Shown: in pieces, positions 19,746 to 28,839 of the stretch
Position numbering within the stretch: the stretch's first letter is position 1
Layout of the letters: every line of letters starts with the position of its first letter
DNA from: Candidatus Aenigmatarchaeota archaeon
Lineage (GTDB): Archaea > Aenigmatarchaeota > Aenigmatarchaeia > CG10238-14 > SCSR01
Direction of reading: 5' to 3'
NCBI GenBank assembly: GCA_038999725.1
Contig: JAWBWS010000001.1
Location: forward strand, 41,620-105,619
Length of the DNA stretch: 64,000 nt
Translations under genes and position numbers: made by a program
Notes under the pieces: model-generated
Told to the model about the DNA's origin: nothing
Database searches by the model: none
The model's input: the letters and a program-made list of their open reading frames with translations, nothing else

Positions 19746-20540
19746 ATGGCAAGAGTAATTGGAATAGTTTCTGGTAAAGGTGGTGTTGGAAAAACAACTT
19801 TAACCATCAATCTAGGTTCAGCCCTTTCCCATTTTTTCAAGAAGAAAGTTACTGTTATTGATTGTAACATAACAACTTCTCATTTAGGCTTATACCTTGG
19901 GATGTATTATTGCCCAATAACTTTAAACAAGGTCTTAAGAGGGGAGTCAACAATAGATGAAGCAGTTTATGATCACTACAGTGGAATGAAAGTTGTGCCA
20001 GCTTCGCTTTCTATTAGTGAGCTTGAAGGGGTGGATGTAACTTTATTAAGGGAAAGTATAAAACCATTAGAAGTGAAAAATGACATAATATTGCTTGATG
20101 GTAGTCCTGGATTGGGAAGAGAGGCTATGGCTTGTCTTAAGGCTTGTGATGAGGTATTATATGTCACAACACCCTATGTGCCATCTGTCATAGATATAGT
20201 AAAATATCAAGAGGTTGTGAGTGAGCTTGGTTTGAAGCCTGTGGGCATTGTTTTGAATGTAGTTGATAGAGCAAGATATGAAATGAATATAAAAGAAGTG
20301 GAAGAATTGACACGTTTACCTGTTCTTGCCTCTATTCCATATGATAAAAATATCAAAAAAGCCCTTTCGCTCAAGATGCCTGTTGTGTTGTTGAACAAAA
20401 ATTCTCCAGCCAGCAGGGAAATGATAAAATTTGCTGCAAGACTTGTAGGTGAAGAATATAAATCAGATAGCTCTTTCTATAGAATAATGGAAAGGTTGAG
20501 AAACTTCATGAAGTTTAGGGCTTCTCTAGGTCCTGTTTAA
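19746..20540 (+). CDS. minD: MinD-family ATPase
   Basis: SGKGGVGKTT; LLDGSPGLG; amphipathic C-terminal helix. Confidence 0.9.
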   Translation: MARVIGIVSGKGGVGKTTLTINLGSALSHFFKKKVTVIDCNITTSHLGLYLGMYYCPITLNKVLRGESTIDEAVYDHYSGMKVVPASLSISELEGVDVTLLRESIKPLEVKNDIILLDGSPGLGREAMACLKACDEVLYVTTPYVPSVIDIVKYQEVVSELGLKPVGIVLNVVDRARYEMNIKEVEELTRLPVLASIPYDKNIKKALSLKMPVVLLNKNSPASREMIKFAARLVGEEYKSDSSFYRIMERLRNFMKFRASLGPV

Positions 20541-20581
20541 CACTTATCTTTAAATATTTTAGTGTTTAAATAATCTAAAAT

Positions 20582-20923
20582 ATGGAAAAGAAAAAAGCTG
20601 TCTTAATAACATTCAGTGTAAACTCTGGAAAATTCGAGAATTATTACGAGAGGAATAAATTTTTCCGCAGTTTATATGGTTGGAAGCAAATCATCAAGAG
20701 AGAAATTTTTGTAAGTAAAAAACCAAAAGAAAAAGTTTATGTTTACCAGAGAGAGGGTTTGCTTAATACAATTCCTCACAAAAAAGTTGATCAAAGCAGC
20801 TTTATAGTTCCAGAAGATGAATTTGATAAAATAGAAAAGTTTATGAGAGAATGGGAAGAAAAAGTTATGTGGAAAGCTTTCAAAATATTATTAGAGGAAG
20901 ATGTTTTTGAAGAGGGAGGTTGA
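20582..20923 (+). CDS. Hypothetical protein, possible Cas2/VapD/PaaX-like ferredoxin fold
   Basis: AVLITFS...ERNKFFRSLYG...KVDQSSFIV pattern, judged by eye. Confidence 0.4.
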   Translation: MEKKKAVLITFSVNSGKFENYYERNKFFRSLYGWKQIIKREIFVSKKPKEKVYVYQREGLLNTIPHKKVDQSSFIVPEDEFDKIEKFMREWEEKVMWKAFKILLEEDVFEEGG

Positions 20924-23221
20924 ATGGTTGAAAAAGAAGAAAAAGAAATAAGGCTGAAAGTTGGTGAGCTTACAGCAAGAGAAGAAGCAGGGAGAGGAAT
21001 TGTTAGAATTGATTCTTCGAACATGAACAAAATTGGAGTGAAAGAAGGCGATGTGGTTGAAATTGAAGGTTCAAGAAAAACTGCTGCAATAGCTGTTAGA
21101 GCCTACCCTGCTGATATTGGTTTGAACATAATAAGAATGGATGGAATAGTGAGGAGAAATGCTGGCTCTGGTGTAGGGGAGTATGTAAAAGTGAGAAAAG
21201 CTGAAACGAAAGAAGCGAAAAGTGTGACAATTGCTCCTGCTGAAAGAGGATTTGTGGTTCATGTTTCCCCAGAGTTGGTTAAACAAAACCTTTACATGAG
21301 GCCTGTGGTGAAGGGTGATATTATTGTCCCCTCTCCTGTGGTAAGAAAGAGGTCTAGGGGAGGAGGTTTCTTTGAAGAATTTTTCGGCACAGACTTTTTT
21401 GAGGAATTCTTTTTCACACCATTTCCAGGAGAAACAAGATTTATAGTTACCAATACAGATCCCCCAGGGATAGTTAGAATTGGTGACATAACTGAGCTAG
21501 AGATTTTGCCAGAGCTTCCTGAAGGCTTGAAGTTGGAGGAAAAAGCAATACCTGCTGTAACTTATGAAGATATTGGTGGTATAAGAGATGTTATTGAGAA
21601 AGTAAGGGAAATGATTGAGTTGCCTTTAAGGCATCCGGAAATTTTTGAAAGACTTGGCATTGAACCTCCAAAAGGAATTTTGCTTTATGGACCTCCGGGT
21701 ACAGGTAAAACTCTGCTTGCAAAGGCTGTTGCAAATGAAAGTGGGGCAAACTTCTTCTCAATTTCCGGCCCAGAAATAATGTCGAAATTTTATGGTGAAT
21801 CTGAACAAAATTTAAGAAAAATTTTTGAAGAAGCTGAAAAAAATGCTCCTTCAATAATTTTCATTGACGAGATTGATGCCATTGCTCCAAAAAGAGAAGA
21901 AACTGCGGGAGAGGTTGAAAGAAGGGTAACAAGTCAACTTCTCACGCTTATGGATGGGTTGAAGAAAAGAGGAAAAGTTGTTGTTATTGCAGCAACAAAC
22001 AGACCGAATGCTATTGATCCTGCTTTGAGAAGGGGAGGAAGATTTGATAGGGAGATAGAACTCCCTGTTCCAGATAGAGATGGGAGACTTGAAATTTTGA
22101 AGATTCACACTAGAAACATGCCTTTAGACAAAGATGTTGATCTCAACTGGCTTGCTGACATAACTTATGGCTATGTTGGTGCAGATCTTATGGCTTTATG
22201 TAAGGAAGCAGCAATGTCAGCCCTAAGAAGAGTTTTACCAGAGATAAAGTGGAAGACTGAAGAGGAACTTCCAAAAGAGGTTATAGAAAAGCTTGTTGTT
22301 AAGAAAGAAGATTTCGAAAATGCTTTAAAGGTTGTCGAGCCTTCTGCAATGAGAGAAGTGCTGGTTGAAATCCCAAAAGTTAAGTGGGAAGACATAGGTG
22401 ATTTGGAAGAAGTGAAGCAACAACTTAAGGAAATGGTGGAATGGCCTTTGAAACATCCAGAAAGTTTTGAGAGACTTGGGATTACCCCTCCAAAAGGAAT
22501 TTTGCTTTATGGACCTCCAGGCTGTGGAAAAACTCTGCTTGCAAAGGCTGTTGCAAATGAAAGTGGGGCAAACTTCATAAGTGTTAAAGGGCCTGAAGTT
22601 TTTACGATGTGGTTTGGAGAATCTGAAAGAAAGATAAGGGATTTGTTCAGAAGAGCAAGACAAGTTGCTCCAGCCATAATTTTCTTGGATGAAGTAGATG
22701 CTTTGGCTCCGAGAAGAGGTTATTATAGGGGGAGCGCCGCAACAGAAACAGTTGTATCTCAACTTTTGACAGAGCTTTCTGGGATAGAAGAAACCAAGGG
22801 AGTTGTTGTTATTGCAGCAACAAACAGACCAGATATGGTCGATCCTGCTCTGCTCAGGCCTGGGAGAATTGATAGATTTGTTCTTATACCACCACCAAAC
22901 TTAAAGGCGAGACTTGAAATTTTGAAGATTCACACTAGAAACATGCCTTTGAAAGGAGTTGATCTTAAAGAAATTGCTGAGAGAACGGAAGGATTTTCCG
23001 GTGCCGACTTAGAAGCACTTTGTAGAGAGGCTGCCATGAATGCATTGAGAGAGGATATAAAAACAAAAGCTGTGGAGAAGAGGCACTTTGAAGAAGCTTT
23101 GAAAAAAATGACGCCAAGCTTGACGAAAGATGTTTTAGCTTATTATGAGAAGTTTGTTGAAAGGGCTAGGAAAGTAAGAAAGCCTGAAGAAGAAAGAGAA
23201 CAATTCGGCTACATAGGATAA
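20924..23221 (+). CDS. cdc48: CDC48/VAT family AAA+ ATPase
   Basis: N-domain plus two AAA domains ([16 protein letters not shown]; DEID, DEVD; [16 protein letters not shown]); C-terminal YIG HbYX-like tail. Confidence 0.97.
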   Translation: MVEKEEKEIRLKVGELTAREEAGRGIVRIDSSNMNKIGVKEGDVVEIEGSRKTAAIAVRAYPADIGLNIIRMDGIVRRNAGSGVGEYVKVRKAETKEAKSVTIAPAERGFVVHVSPELVKQNLYMRPVVKGDIIVPSPVVRKRSRGGGFFEEFFGTDFFEEFFFTPFPGETRFIVTNTDPPGIVRIGDITELEILPELPEGLKLEEKAIPAVTYEDIGGIRDVIEKVREMIELPLRHPEIFERLGIEPPKGILLYGPPGTGKTLLAKAVANESGANFFSISGPEIMSKFYGESEQNLRKIFEEAEKNAPSIIFIDEIDAIAPKREETAGEVERRVTSQLLTLMDGLKKRGKVVVIAATNRPNAIDPALRRGGRFDREIELPVPDRDGRLEILKIHTRNMPLDKDVDLNWLADITYGYVGADLMALCKEAAMSALRRVLPEIKWKTEEELPKEVIEKLVVKKEDFENALKVVEPSAMREVLVEIPKVKWEDIGDLEEVKQQLKEMVEWPLKHPESFERLGITPPKGILLYGPPGCGKTLLAKAVANESGANFISVKGPEVFTMWFGESERKIRDLFRRARQVAPAIIFLDEVDALAPRRGYYRGSAATETVVSQLLTELSGIEETKGVVVIAATNRPDMVDPALLRPGRIDRFVLIPPPNLKARLEILKIHTRNMPLKGVDLKEIAERTEGFSGADLEALCREAAMNALREDIKTKAVEKRHFEEALKKMTPSLTKDVLAYYEKFVERARKVRKPEEEREQFGYIG
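21665..22950 (+). repeat. Nucleotide-identical patches between the D1 and D2 domains of cdc48
   Basis: 21665-21696=22487-22518 (32 bp); 21707-21754=22529-22576 (48 bp); 21976-22005=22801-22830 (30 bp); 22084-22125=22909-22950 (42 bp). Confidence 0.9.
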
Positions 23222-23254
23222 AAATTTGAAAATTAAATTATTATAAGGAGAAAA

Positions 23255-23680
23255 ATGTTGATAAAAGACGTGATGAATAGGAGTGTTGTGGTAGTTAAAC
23301 CCAACATTAGCTTGAGGGGAGCTTCTAAACTCATGTGCGAGAAACATATAGGAAGCTTAATAGTTGTTGAAAATGAAGAGATAGTTGGAATCTTAACACA
23401 AACGGATATTTTGAAAGCAGTGGCGGAAGAAAGAGATTTGGATTTAACAACAGTAGAGGAAGTGATGAACAAAAAGGTCTTCACCATAGATTATGAAAAA
23501 ACTATAGAGGATGCTGTGGATCTCATGATGGAAAAGAAGATAAAAAGGCTGCCTGTGACAAAGGATGGTAAACTGGTGGGAATAATAACCGCAAGCGATA
23601 TAATAACGGTTGAGCCAAAACTGATAACAGGGATTGCAAGTTTGCTTTCGATGAAAATTCCTGGATATAAGGGCGGCTAG
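23255..23680 (+). CDS. CBS-domain pair protein
   Basis: IKDVMNR...IGSLIVVE...VGILTQTDI; RLPV...LVGIITASDI. Confidence 0.92.
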   Translation: MLIKDVMNRSVVVVKPNISLRGASKLMCEKHIGSLIVVENEEIVGILTQTDILKAVAEERDLDLTTVEEVMNKKVFTIDYEKTIEDAVDLMMEKKIKRLPVTKDGKLVGIITASDIITVEPKLITGIASLLSMKIPGYKGG

Positions 23681-23836
23681 GTGAGAAAGATTCTGGCAAG
23701 ATGCTTTTGTCCAAAACACGGTAAGCTAACCCTTGAAGAGATAGTGATTAAGAATGGAATTCCTATTTGCTCTAAGTGCTCCAGTGAACTCCAGTTTGGT
23801 AATGTGAGACCTAGATTTAACTTCAAGAAGAGATAA
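23681..23836 (+). CDS. 51-aa Zn-ribbon microprotein (not in ORF track)
   Basis: GTG directly after the CBS stop; MRKILARCFCPKHGKLTLEEIVIKNGIPICSKCSSELQFGNVRPRFNFKKR. Confidence 0.6.
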   Translation: MRKILARCFCPKHGKLTLEEIVIKNGIPICSKCSSELQFGNVRPRFNFKKR

Positions 23837-23837
23837 A

Positions 23838-23978
23838 ATGGTGGAATGCCCAAACTGTAAGTCAAAGAACATAAAGTTTATGCCCTGGCTTGGAATAATT
23901 TACGAGTGTAAAGATTGTGGATACAGAGGACCTATAATAATCAAGAGGAAGACCAAATCCCAATCTTCCTTTCCCTAG
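23838..23978 (+). CDS. 46-aa Zn-ribbon microprotein (not in ORF track)
   Basis: MVECPNCKSKNIKFMPWLGIIYECKDCGYRGPIIIKRKTKSQSSFP; two CxxC motifs. Confidence 0.7.
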   Translation: MVECPNCKSKNIKFMPWLGIIYECKDCGYRGPIIIKRKTKSQSSFP

Positions 23979-24387
23979 CTTCTTGCTCTGCTTTTTGAAG
24001 GCAATTATAATATTTGCTGTTTTCCCTTCCTACATTCTTGGCAAACCCAAGCCTAACCAACTCACAATTGACAAGCTTTCCATCTGAAAAAACATATCTC
24101 AAGAGTCTCCCATACTTATCTCTCTCCAAAAAAGGGTCTTTCTCTAGGACAATTTTTCCTCCCTCAACCATTTCTCTTAAAGCAAGGGTAGCTTCTTGGT
24201 AAAAAGGTTCTGAAGCCTCTGGGGCATCTATATCAAGAAGCCTTATTCTCTCACCGTTTTTCAACTCTATTGTATCCCCATCTATAACTAGAATATATTC
24301 TTCCCCAGCATCTAGGTAAATTGACTTCATTAGCCAAAAAAAGATTAAGAGGATTGTTGGGAGAAAGTAGATTATTCTCCTAAGCAT
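23941..24387 (-). CDS. Thermonuclease (staphylococcal nuclease-like), membrane-anchored
   Basis: VIDGDTI; RIRLLDIDAPE; DKYGRLLRYV; N-terminal TM. Confidence 0.93.
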   Translation of the reverse strand: MLRRIIYFLPTILLIFFWLMKSIYLDAGEEYILVIDGDTIELKNGERIRLLDIDAPEASEPFYQEATLALREMVEGGKIVLEKDPFLERDKYGRLLRYVFSDGKLVNCELVRLGFAKNVGRENSKYYNCLQKAEQEARERKIGIWSSS

Positions 24388-24503
24388 GTTCCATTTCTAT
24401 CTTTTGATGCAATTAATCTTTCTTCACCTACTCTATAAGATAGGAAAAATAACCACTTTACAGTAGAGTCAGAGATAGGTTTTTAAATACAGTCCTACAA
24501 AGT

Positions 24504-24626
24504 ATGGTTAAGATGAGTATGACATTACCACAACTTAAACTATGGCAATGGGCCGTTGTTGCAATAGTAGTAATAGTTCTTCTAGTGCTGCTGGCCCAGT
24601 ATATGGGATGGATAACCCTATTCTAA
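24504..24626 (+). CDS. 40-aa single-TM microprotein (not in ORF track)
   Basis: MVKMSMTLPQLKLWQWAVVAIVVIVLLVLLAQYMGWITLF; TTTTAAATA at 24481-24489 upstream; T-rich tract downstream. Confidence 0.55.
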   Translation: MVKMSMTLPQLKLWQWAVVAIVVIVLLVLLAQYMGWITLF

Positions 24627-24662
24627 ACAAACTTTCCAAACCTTTTCTTTCTTTTTTTAAAA

Positions 24663-24894
24663 CTAGCTAGCTATGTTTTTCTCGAATTTTATTCCCCTCT
24701 CGAAAGCTTTCTCATCTACATGCCCATATTTTTCTATGACTTCAGAAGATCGTGTTTCCCCAAGCTTTTTTGAACAATCCTCACAAACCGTCACAACCCT
24801 TTTTACTATCTTCATCCCCAAGGGTGAAAACCTTCCCATTTCCTCCACATAAGTCACATTTGCCTTCAAAAGTGGCCGAAAGCTTTATTCTCAT
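24663..24894 (-). pseudogene. CxxC...CxxC Zn-finger protein with one frameshift (or sequencing error)
   Basis: MRIKLSATFEGKCDLCGG...DSK in one frame continues as RVVTVCEDCSKK in the next; one extra base in the AAAAAGGG run at 24797-24804. Confidence 0.6.
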
Positions 24895-24925
24895 TATCAC
24901 TATTTGTTCCCCATCCTATTTAAAC

Positions 24926-25393
24926 TCAGAGTCTATCCAGGAGCAAGTGAAGGGAATAGAGGGAGTAAATTAAAGAGAAAGAAAGGAGAGAATCATGAAA
25001 GTTAAAGTTAAAGGTTAGACAAAGGAAAAAAGTTGCTAGGAGTGAAAAGATGAGGGAAAAGGCAAAAGTGTGAGTAATTCCTCTATGTTTGCTTGGCCAG
25101 AGGGTTATTAAGAAGTAGGAGAGAAAAAAATAGGGAAAAGCGTAGTACCATGTGTTTGGAAAAAGGATAAAATAAACTAAGGCAAGAAGTGATGAAAAAA
25201 ATAGGGAAAAGGTTTTTCTTGATTTGGATTTTCTCATATCTATATCTGGAAAAATGCTTACAATTAGAGTAAGTAAAATGAAAACAAGGATTTTTCGGAA
25301 GCTTAGGTTAAAGATGGGAAGAAGTTGATTGAAAGCAATAAAAAGAGAAAATAGAAGGAGACCAAAAATCAAATGAACTTTCCAATCTGGCAT
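24926..25393 (-). CDS. Membrane metal-dependent hydrolase (YdjM-like)
   Basis: H near the N-terminus, PDID, HRGITH, HLLLD motifs; 4 TM segments. Confidence 0.85.
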   Translation of the reverse strand: MPDWKVHLIFGLLLFSLFIAFNQLLPIFNLSFRKILVFILLTLIVSIFPDIDMRKSKSRKTFSLFFSSLLALVYFILFPNTWYYAFPYFFLSYFLITLWPSKHRGITHTFAFSLIFSLLATFFLCLTFNFNFHDSLLSFSLIYSLYSLHLLLDRL

Positions 25394-25406
25394 CCAACCA
25401 CAAAAA

Positions 25407-25518
25407 TAGCCCCGGGCAGATTCGAACTGCCGTGTTCAGGTTTCTTTCTTCATCTTTTATCCGAGCTTTAGACTTTAAGTCCAAAGCCTGACATCCTTGA
25501 CCGCTAGATGACGGGGCT
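25407..25518 (-). tRNA. tRNA-Gln(TTG) with 39-nt intron at 37/38 (25442-25480)
   Basis: Cloverleaf AGCCCCG/CGGGGCT, GTTCGAATC T-loop, strict BHB (CTTT/AAAG helix; GGA and AAA bulges); no encoded CCA. Confidence 0.93.
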
Positions 25519-25554
25519 GTCTAAAAATAATTTAATCTTTTTATAAAATTTATT

Positions 25555-25785
25555 CTATTTATCCATTCCCACGACTTTAATCCCCTTTGTTGTCACCACA
25601 TAACTGCTTGAACCAAGGGGTGAAACTTTAGCTAAATAGCCCTTCTCTTCCAGGGATTTAAGTACATTCTCTAAAACAACAAGATCAGCTTTACCTTCAA
25701 CCAACTTGAAAAGCTCCTCCTTGCTCATCACAAGCTTTTTAGCAATTTCCTCAAGAATTTCTTTTTCTATTCCATCAACTTCCAT
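25555..25785 (-). CDS. Small winged-helix protein
   Basis: LENVLKSLEEKGYL...YVVTTKG pattern. Confidence 0.65.
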   Translation of the reverse strand: MEVDGIEKEILEEIAKKLVMSKEELFKLVEGKADLVVLENVLKSLEEKGYLAKVSPLGSSSYVVTTKGIKVVGMDK

Positions 25786-26319
25786 TCAAGCCACCAGCTG
25801 CTCTTTAAGCTCCCAGGCTTTTTCCCTTCCCAAAAGCTTTTCAACTATAGCTAAAGCGAATTCGAGGGCAGTTCCTGGCCCTTGGGAAGTTATAATATTT
25901 GCATCTACAACAACCCTTTCATCTCTTGGGTATGGTAATTCTTTTTCCATTCCAGGATAAATTGTTGCCTTTTTATTATCTAACAAATGGTATTTTGCTA
26001 AGATTGAGGGAGCAGCGCAAATAGCTGCTATAAGCTTTCCCTTTTCATTCATTTTTTCCAAGAATTCTTTGACTTTGCTTGATTTCAAAAGATTGGCAAC
26101 ACCTTTCGAGCCTCCTGGCAACACAATTCCATCGTATTTTTCCAAATCAACTTCATTCATCTTCTTATCGGCCATTACTCTTATATTATGACTCCCTGTA
26201 ACCCAGCCGGCTGTTATGCCAACTGTATCAACCTCCATACCAGCTCTTCTCAGCACGTCTATTACAGTAATTGCTTCTATCTCTTCAAAACCATCTGCAA
26301 GCAAAACAAGAATTCTCAT
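25786..26319 (-). CDS. DJ-1/PfpI (ThiJ/YajL) family protein
   Basis: GFEEIEA; LPGG; AICAAP nucleophile elbow; TSQGPGT. Confidence 0.95.
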   Translation of the reverse strand: MRILVLLADGFEEIEAITVIDVLRRAGMEVDTVGITAGWVTGSHNIRVMADKKMNEVDLEKYDGIVLPGGSKGVANLLKSSKVKEFLEKMNEKGKLIAAICAAPSILAKYHLLDNKKATIYPGMEKELPYPRDERVVVDANIITSQGPGTALEFALAIVEKLLGREKAWELKEQLVA

Positions 26320-26350
26320 AAATTAATTTTTGTTTTCATTTTATTTATTT

Positions 26351-26698
26351 ATGAGAAAATTCAAGCAGGTGATTCTTGTAAGAACAGATTTGAAAATGGG
26401 AAAGGGAAAGATAGCAACTCAAGTCGCACACGCTGCCATAGGTGCTTTAAAGCTGGTGAATGAAGAAATAATAAAAAAATGGGAAAGAGAGGGGAGCAAA
26501 AAAGTTGTGTTAAAGGTTAAAAATGGGAAAGAATTGGAAGAAATTTGGAAGAAAGTAAAGAAAGAAAGAATTCCTTGTTTTCTTGTGAAAGATGCTGGTT
26601 TAACTCAAGTCGAGTCAGGAACTATAACAGCTTTAGGAATTGGGCCTGTAGAAGAGGAAAAAATTGACAAGATAACTGGTAAATTAAAGTTGCTATAG
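26351..26698 (+). CDS. pth2: Peptidyl-tRNA hydrolase Pth2
   Basis: KQVILVRTDLKMGKGKIATQVAHA; DAGLTQ; TALGIGP. Confidence 0.96.
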   Translation: MRKFKQVILVRTDLKMGKGKIATQVAHAAIGALKLVNEEIIKKWEREGSKKVVLKVKNGKELEEIWKKVKKERIPCFLVKDAGLTQVESGTITALGIGPVEEEKIDKITGKLKLL

Positions 26699-26706
26699 AT
26701 GATTAA

Positions 26707-28182
26707 ATGATAAGTGGAAAATCAGTTGAAAGGGTAAATCTGAGAGAAAATGCAATGATTCTCATTATTTTTTTTCTTTCCACAATTTGGTTTATTTTTC
26801 AGCACCGTGTTTGTGTAGGTTGGGATTTTGCCGCCTATGTTCTTAACGCAAAATATTGGTTTGGTGAAAGAATTTATTTTGAACCTTTAAGGCCACCTCT
26901 CACGCCTTTCATCATTGGTGTTTTTGGTTCTGTTTTTGGTTGGAAGGCATCAGAATATTTATACATAATTTTAACTTCTTCCATTTTTCTTTTCTCAACC
27001 CTCAAATTGGCTAAAAGTTTGAATTTAAACAGACTCTGTTTTTATGCAATTTCCTTAAATATTTATGTTTTATTAACTGGTCTTTTCGTTGGCACCGAAT
27101 TGCTCTCTTTTGCTTTTCTTCAACTCTTTATAGCAGGTTTGATTGAAGGGAAAAATTCTGGCCACTTTCTAGCATTATCTTCCTTGACAAGATATAATCT
27201 TTTGTCAATGCTTCCTTTATTAATTTGCTATAAAAAACCGAGGAAAATTATAAAAAATTTTCTCTTATTCTTTTTTGTTTGGCTTCCTTGGCTCATTTAC
27301 AACTATTTTTCATATGGAAACATTTTAGCTAGTTTCTTTGATAATTACTTGCTTAATATAAAAGAGAGGCAGTATATGTATCAAACATTTAATCCAACTC
27401 ATATTCTACTTGTTACAAATTTTTTAACTCCCTTCTTCTTCCTTAGTTTGTTCCATTTCCTGCTCAGCTTGAGAAGGAAACCCATCACGCTGAAATTTTT
27501 ATTGAGCAAAAAAATTGAATTTTTAATGTTGTTAATTTTTATAATCACAATCCTTCTCTACATTAACACGCCCCTCAAAGATCCTAGATTTTTGTTTAAC
27601 CTAACCCTTCCTGTAGTTTATTTTTCTAGTATTGCCTACCCCTTCAAAAAATTCAGGAAAAGCCTCATGTTATTTTCTATAACAATATTCATATTTTCAT
27701 TGATATCTTCATTGCTTTTGTCTCCCCAAGAAACTGATTCTTGTCTACAACCTTATAAGGCGGCAGTTGAAAGAATAGAAAATTTAAATCTGAAAAACTG
27801 CTCGATGATGTCCAATGGTTGGGTATACCTCAACTATTTAGGTCAAGCTTCTAAACCAAGCCTGAGAAAAGAATTAGTTTTGCCTTTGATTCAAGAAGGA
27901 GAATTGATCCTACTTTTTTACCACATAAGTGAGCCAGAATATACTAAAAACTCCACATTTATTGAAAACCTACCAATAATTTATAAGGACAACAGATATG
28001 TCTTGATTGGGAATTCCAGATGTAAAGAAAAAGAAATTTTCGATATGTCATACTTAAACCAATTGGCCCAAATCATTCAGAAGATTTACAACTATTCTAT
28101 CGATGAAAACTATTGCAAACTTATATTTGATAATGATGTTTTAGCGAAACTTTGCAATCTAGCCACTTACCTAAAAAACTAA
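26707..28182 (+). CDS. GT-C fold polytopic membrane glycosyltransferase (PMT/ArnT-like)
   Basis: WD...EPLRPPL; TRY; KDPRF; many TM helices plus a C-terminal soluble domain. Confidence 0.75.
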   Translation: MISGKSVERVNLRENAMILIIFFLSTIWFIFQHRVCVGWDFAAYVLNAKYWFGERIYFEPLRPPLTPFIIGVFGSVFGWKASEYLYIILTSSIFLFSTLKLAKSLNLNRLCFYAISLNIYVLLTGLFVGTELLSFAFLQLFIAGLIEGKNSGHFLALSSLTRYNLLSMLPLLICYKKPRKIIKNFLLFFFVWLPWLIYNYFSYGNILASFFDNYLLNIKERQYMYQTFNPTHILLVTNFLTPFFFLSLFHFLLSLRRKPITLKFLLSKKIEFLMLLIFIITILLYINTPLKDPRFLFNLTLPVVYFSSIAYPFKKFRKSLMLFSITIFIFSLISSLLLSPQETDSCLQPYKAAVERIENLNLKNCSMMSNGWVYLNYLGQASKPSLRKELVLPLIQEGELILLFYHISEPEYTKNSTFIENLPIIYKDNRYVLIGNSRCKEKEIFDMSYLNQLAQIIQKIYNYSIDENYCKLIFDNDVLAKLCNLATYLKN

Positions 28183-28814
28183 ATTAGCTTCTTTATTTTT
28201 TCCATATCCTGAAATCCTGGATAAACCTTCTCATTGATTACCAATGTAGGCACAAAAGTTATTCCATACTTTTTCTTTAAAGCAGCTATGGCTGGGTTTT
28301 CTATATCAAAATCAAAGGCGTAAATTGTAACTTTTTCTGGATATTTTTCATAAATGTGATCCAACACAAATCCCTGATTCTCGCTTTCTGTGACATTTTC
28401 GCGATTTGAATAGAAAAAAATTATAATCGTGACATTTTTACCACATTTTTCTTTCCATGTTTGTATAAGCAAAAGATGATTAATTAAAAGTAATTCATAC
28501 TCTTCTTTCAACCTCAACACATACACATCGTTTTTTCCTCTCAAGTTTTCTAGCATTGCAACTTCTCTTCCCAATTCAAGTTTTTCTTTACCCATTTCTT
28601 TCAAAACATCATAATTACAAATCTCTCCCTCCAAAATTTTTGCTTGAAGTATAGCACCACTTATCTTGTTTTTTATTTCATCATAGGTCGAAAACATCTC
28701 TTTTATCCTAAAATCTGATATATAATAACCCAAGAAAATTCCTAGGAGGAATATGGAAAGTGTTATTATTAAAGCTTCCACATACCTTCCTGTGCTCAAT
28801 TTTCTTTTTTGCAT
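28179..28814 (-). CDS. Membrane-anchored protein with C-terminal thioredoxin-like fold (no CxxC)
   Basis: N-terminal TM; IIFFYS...QGFVL...KKYGITFVPTLVIN. Confidence 0.6.
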   Translation of the reverse strand: MQKRKLSTGRYVEALIITLSIFLLGIFLGYYISDFRIKEMFSTYDEIKNKISGAILQAKILEGEICNYDVLKEMGKEKLELGREVAMLENLRGKNDVYVLRLKEEYELLLINHLLLIQTWKEKCGKNVTIIIFFYSNRENVTESENQGFVLDHIYEKYPEKVTIYAFDFDIENPAIAALKKKYGITFVPTLVINEKVYPGFQDMEKIKKLI

Positions 28815-28839
28815 ATTATTAATTGTAATTAAAATAAAT

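Noticed and set aside
20582-20923. Evidence for a CRISPR-Cas system
   Set aside because: No repeat-spacer array or other cas gene is visible anywhere in the window.
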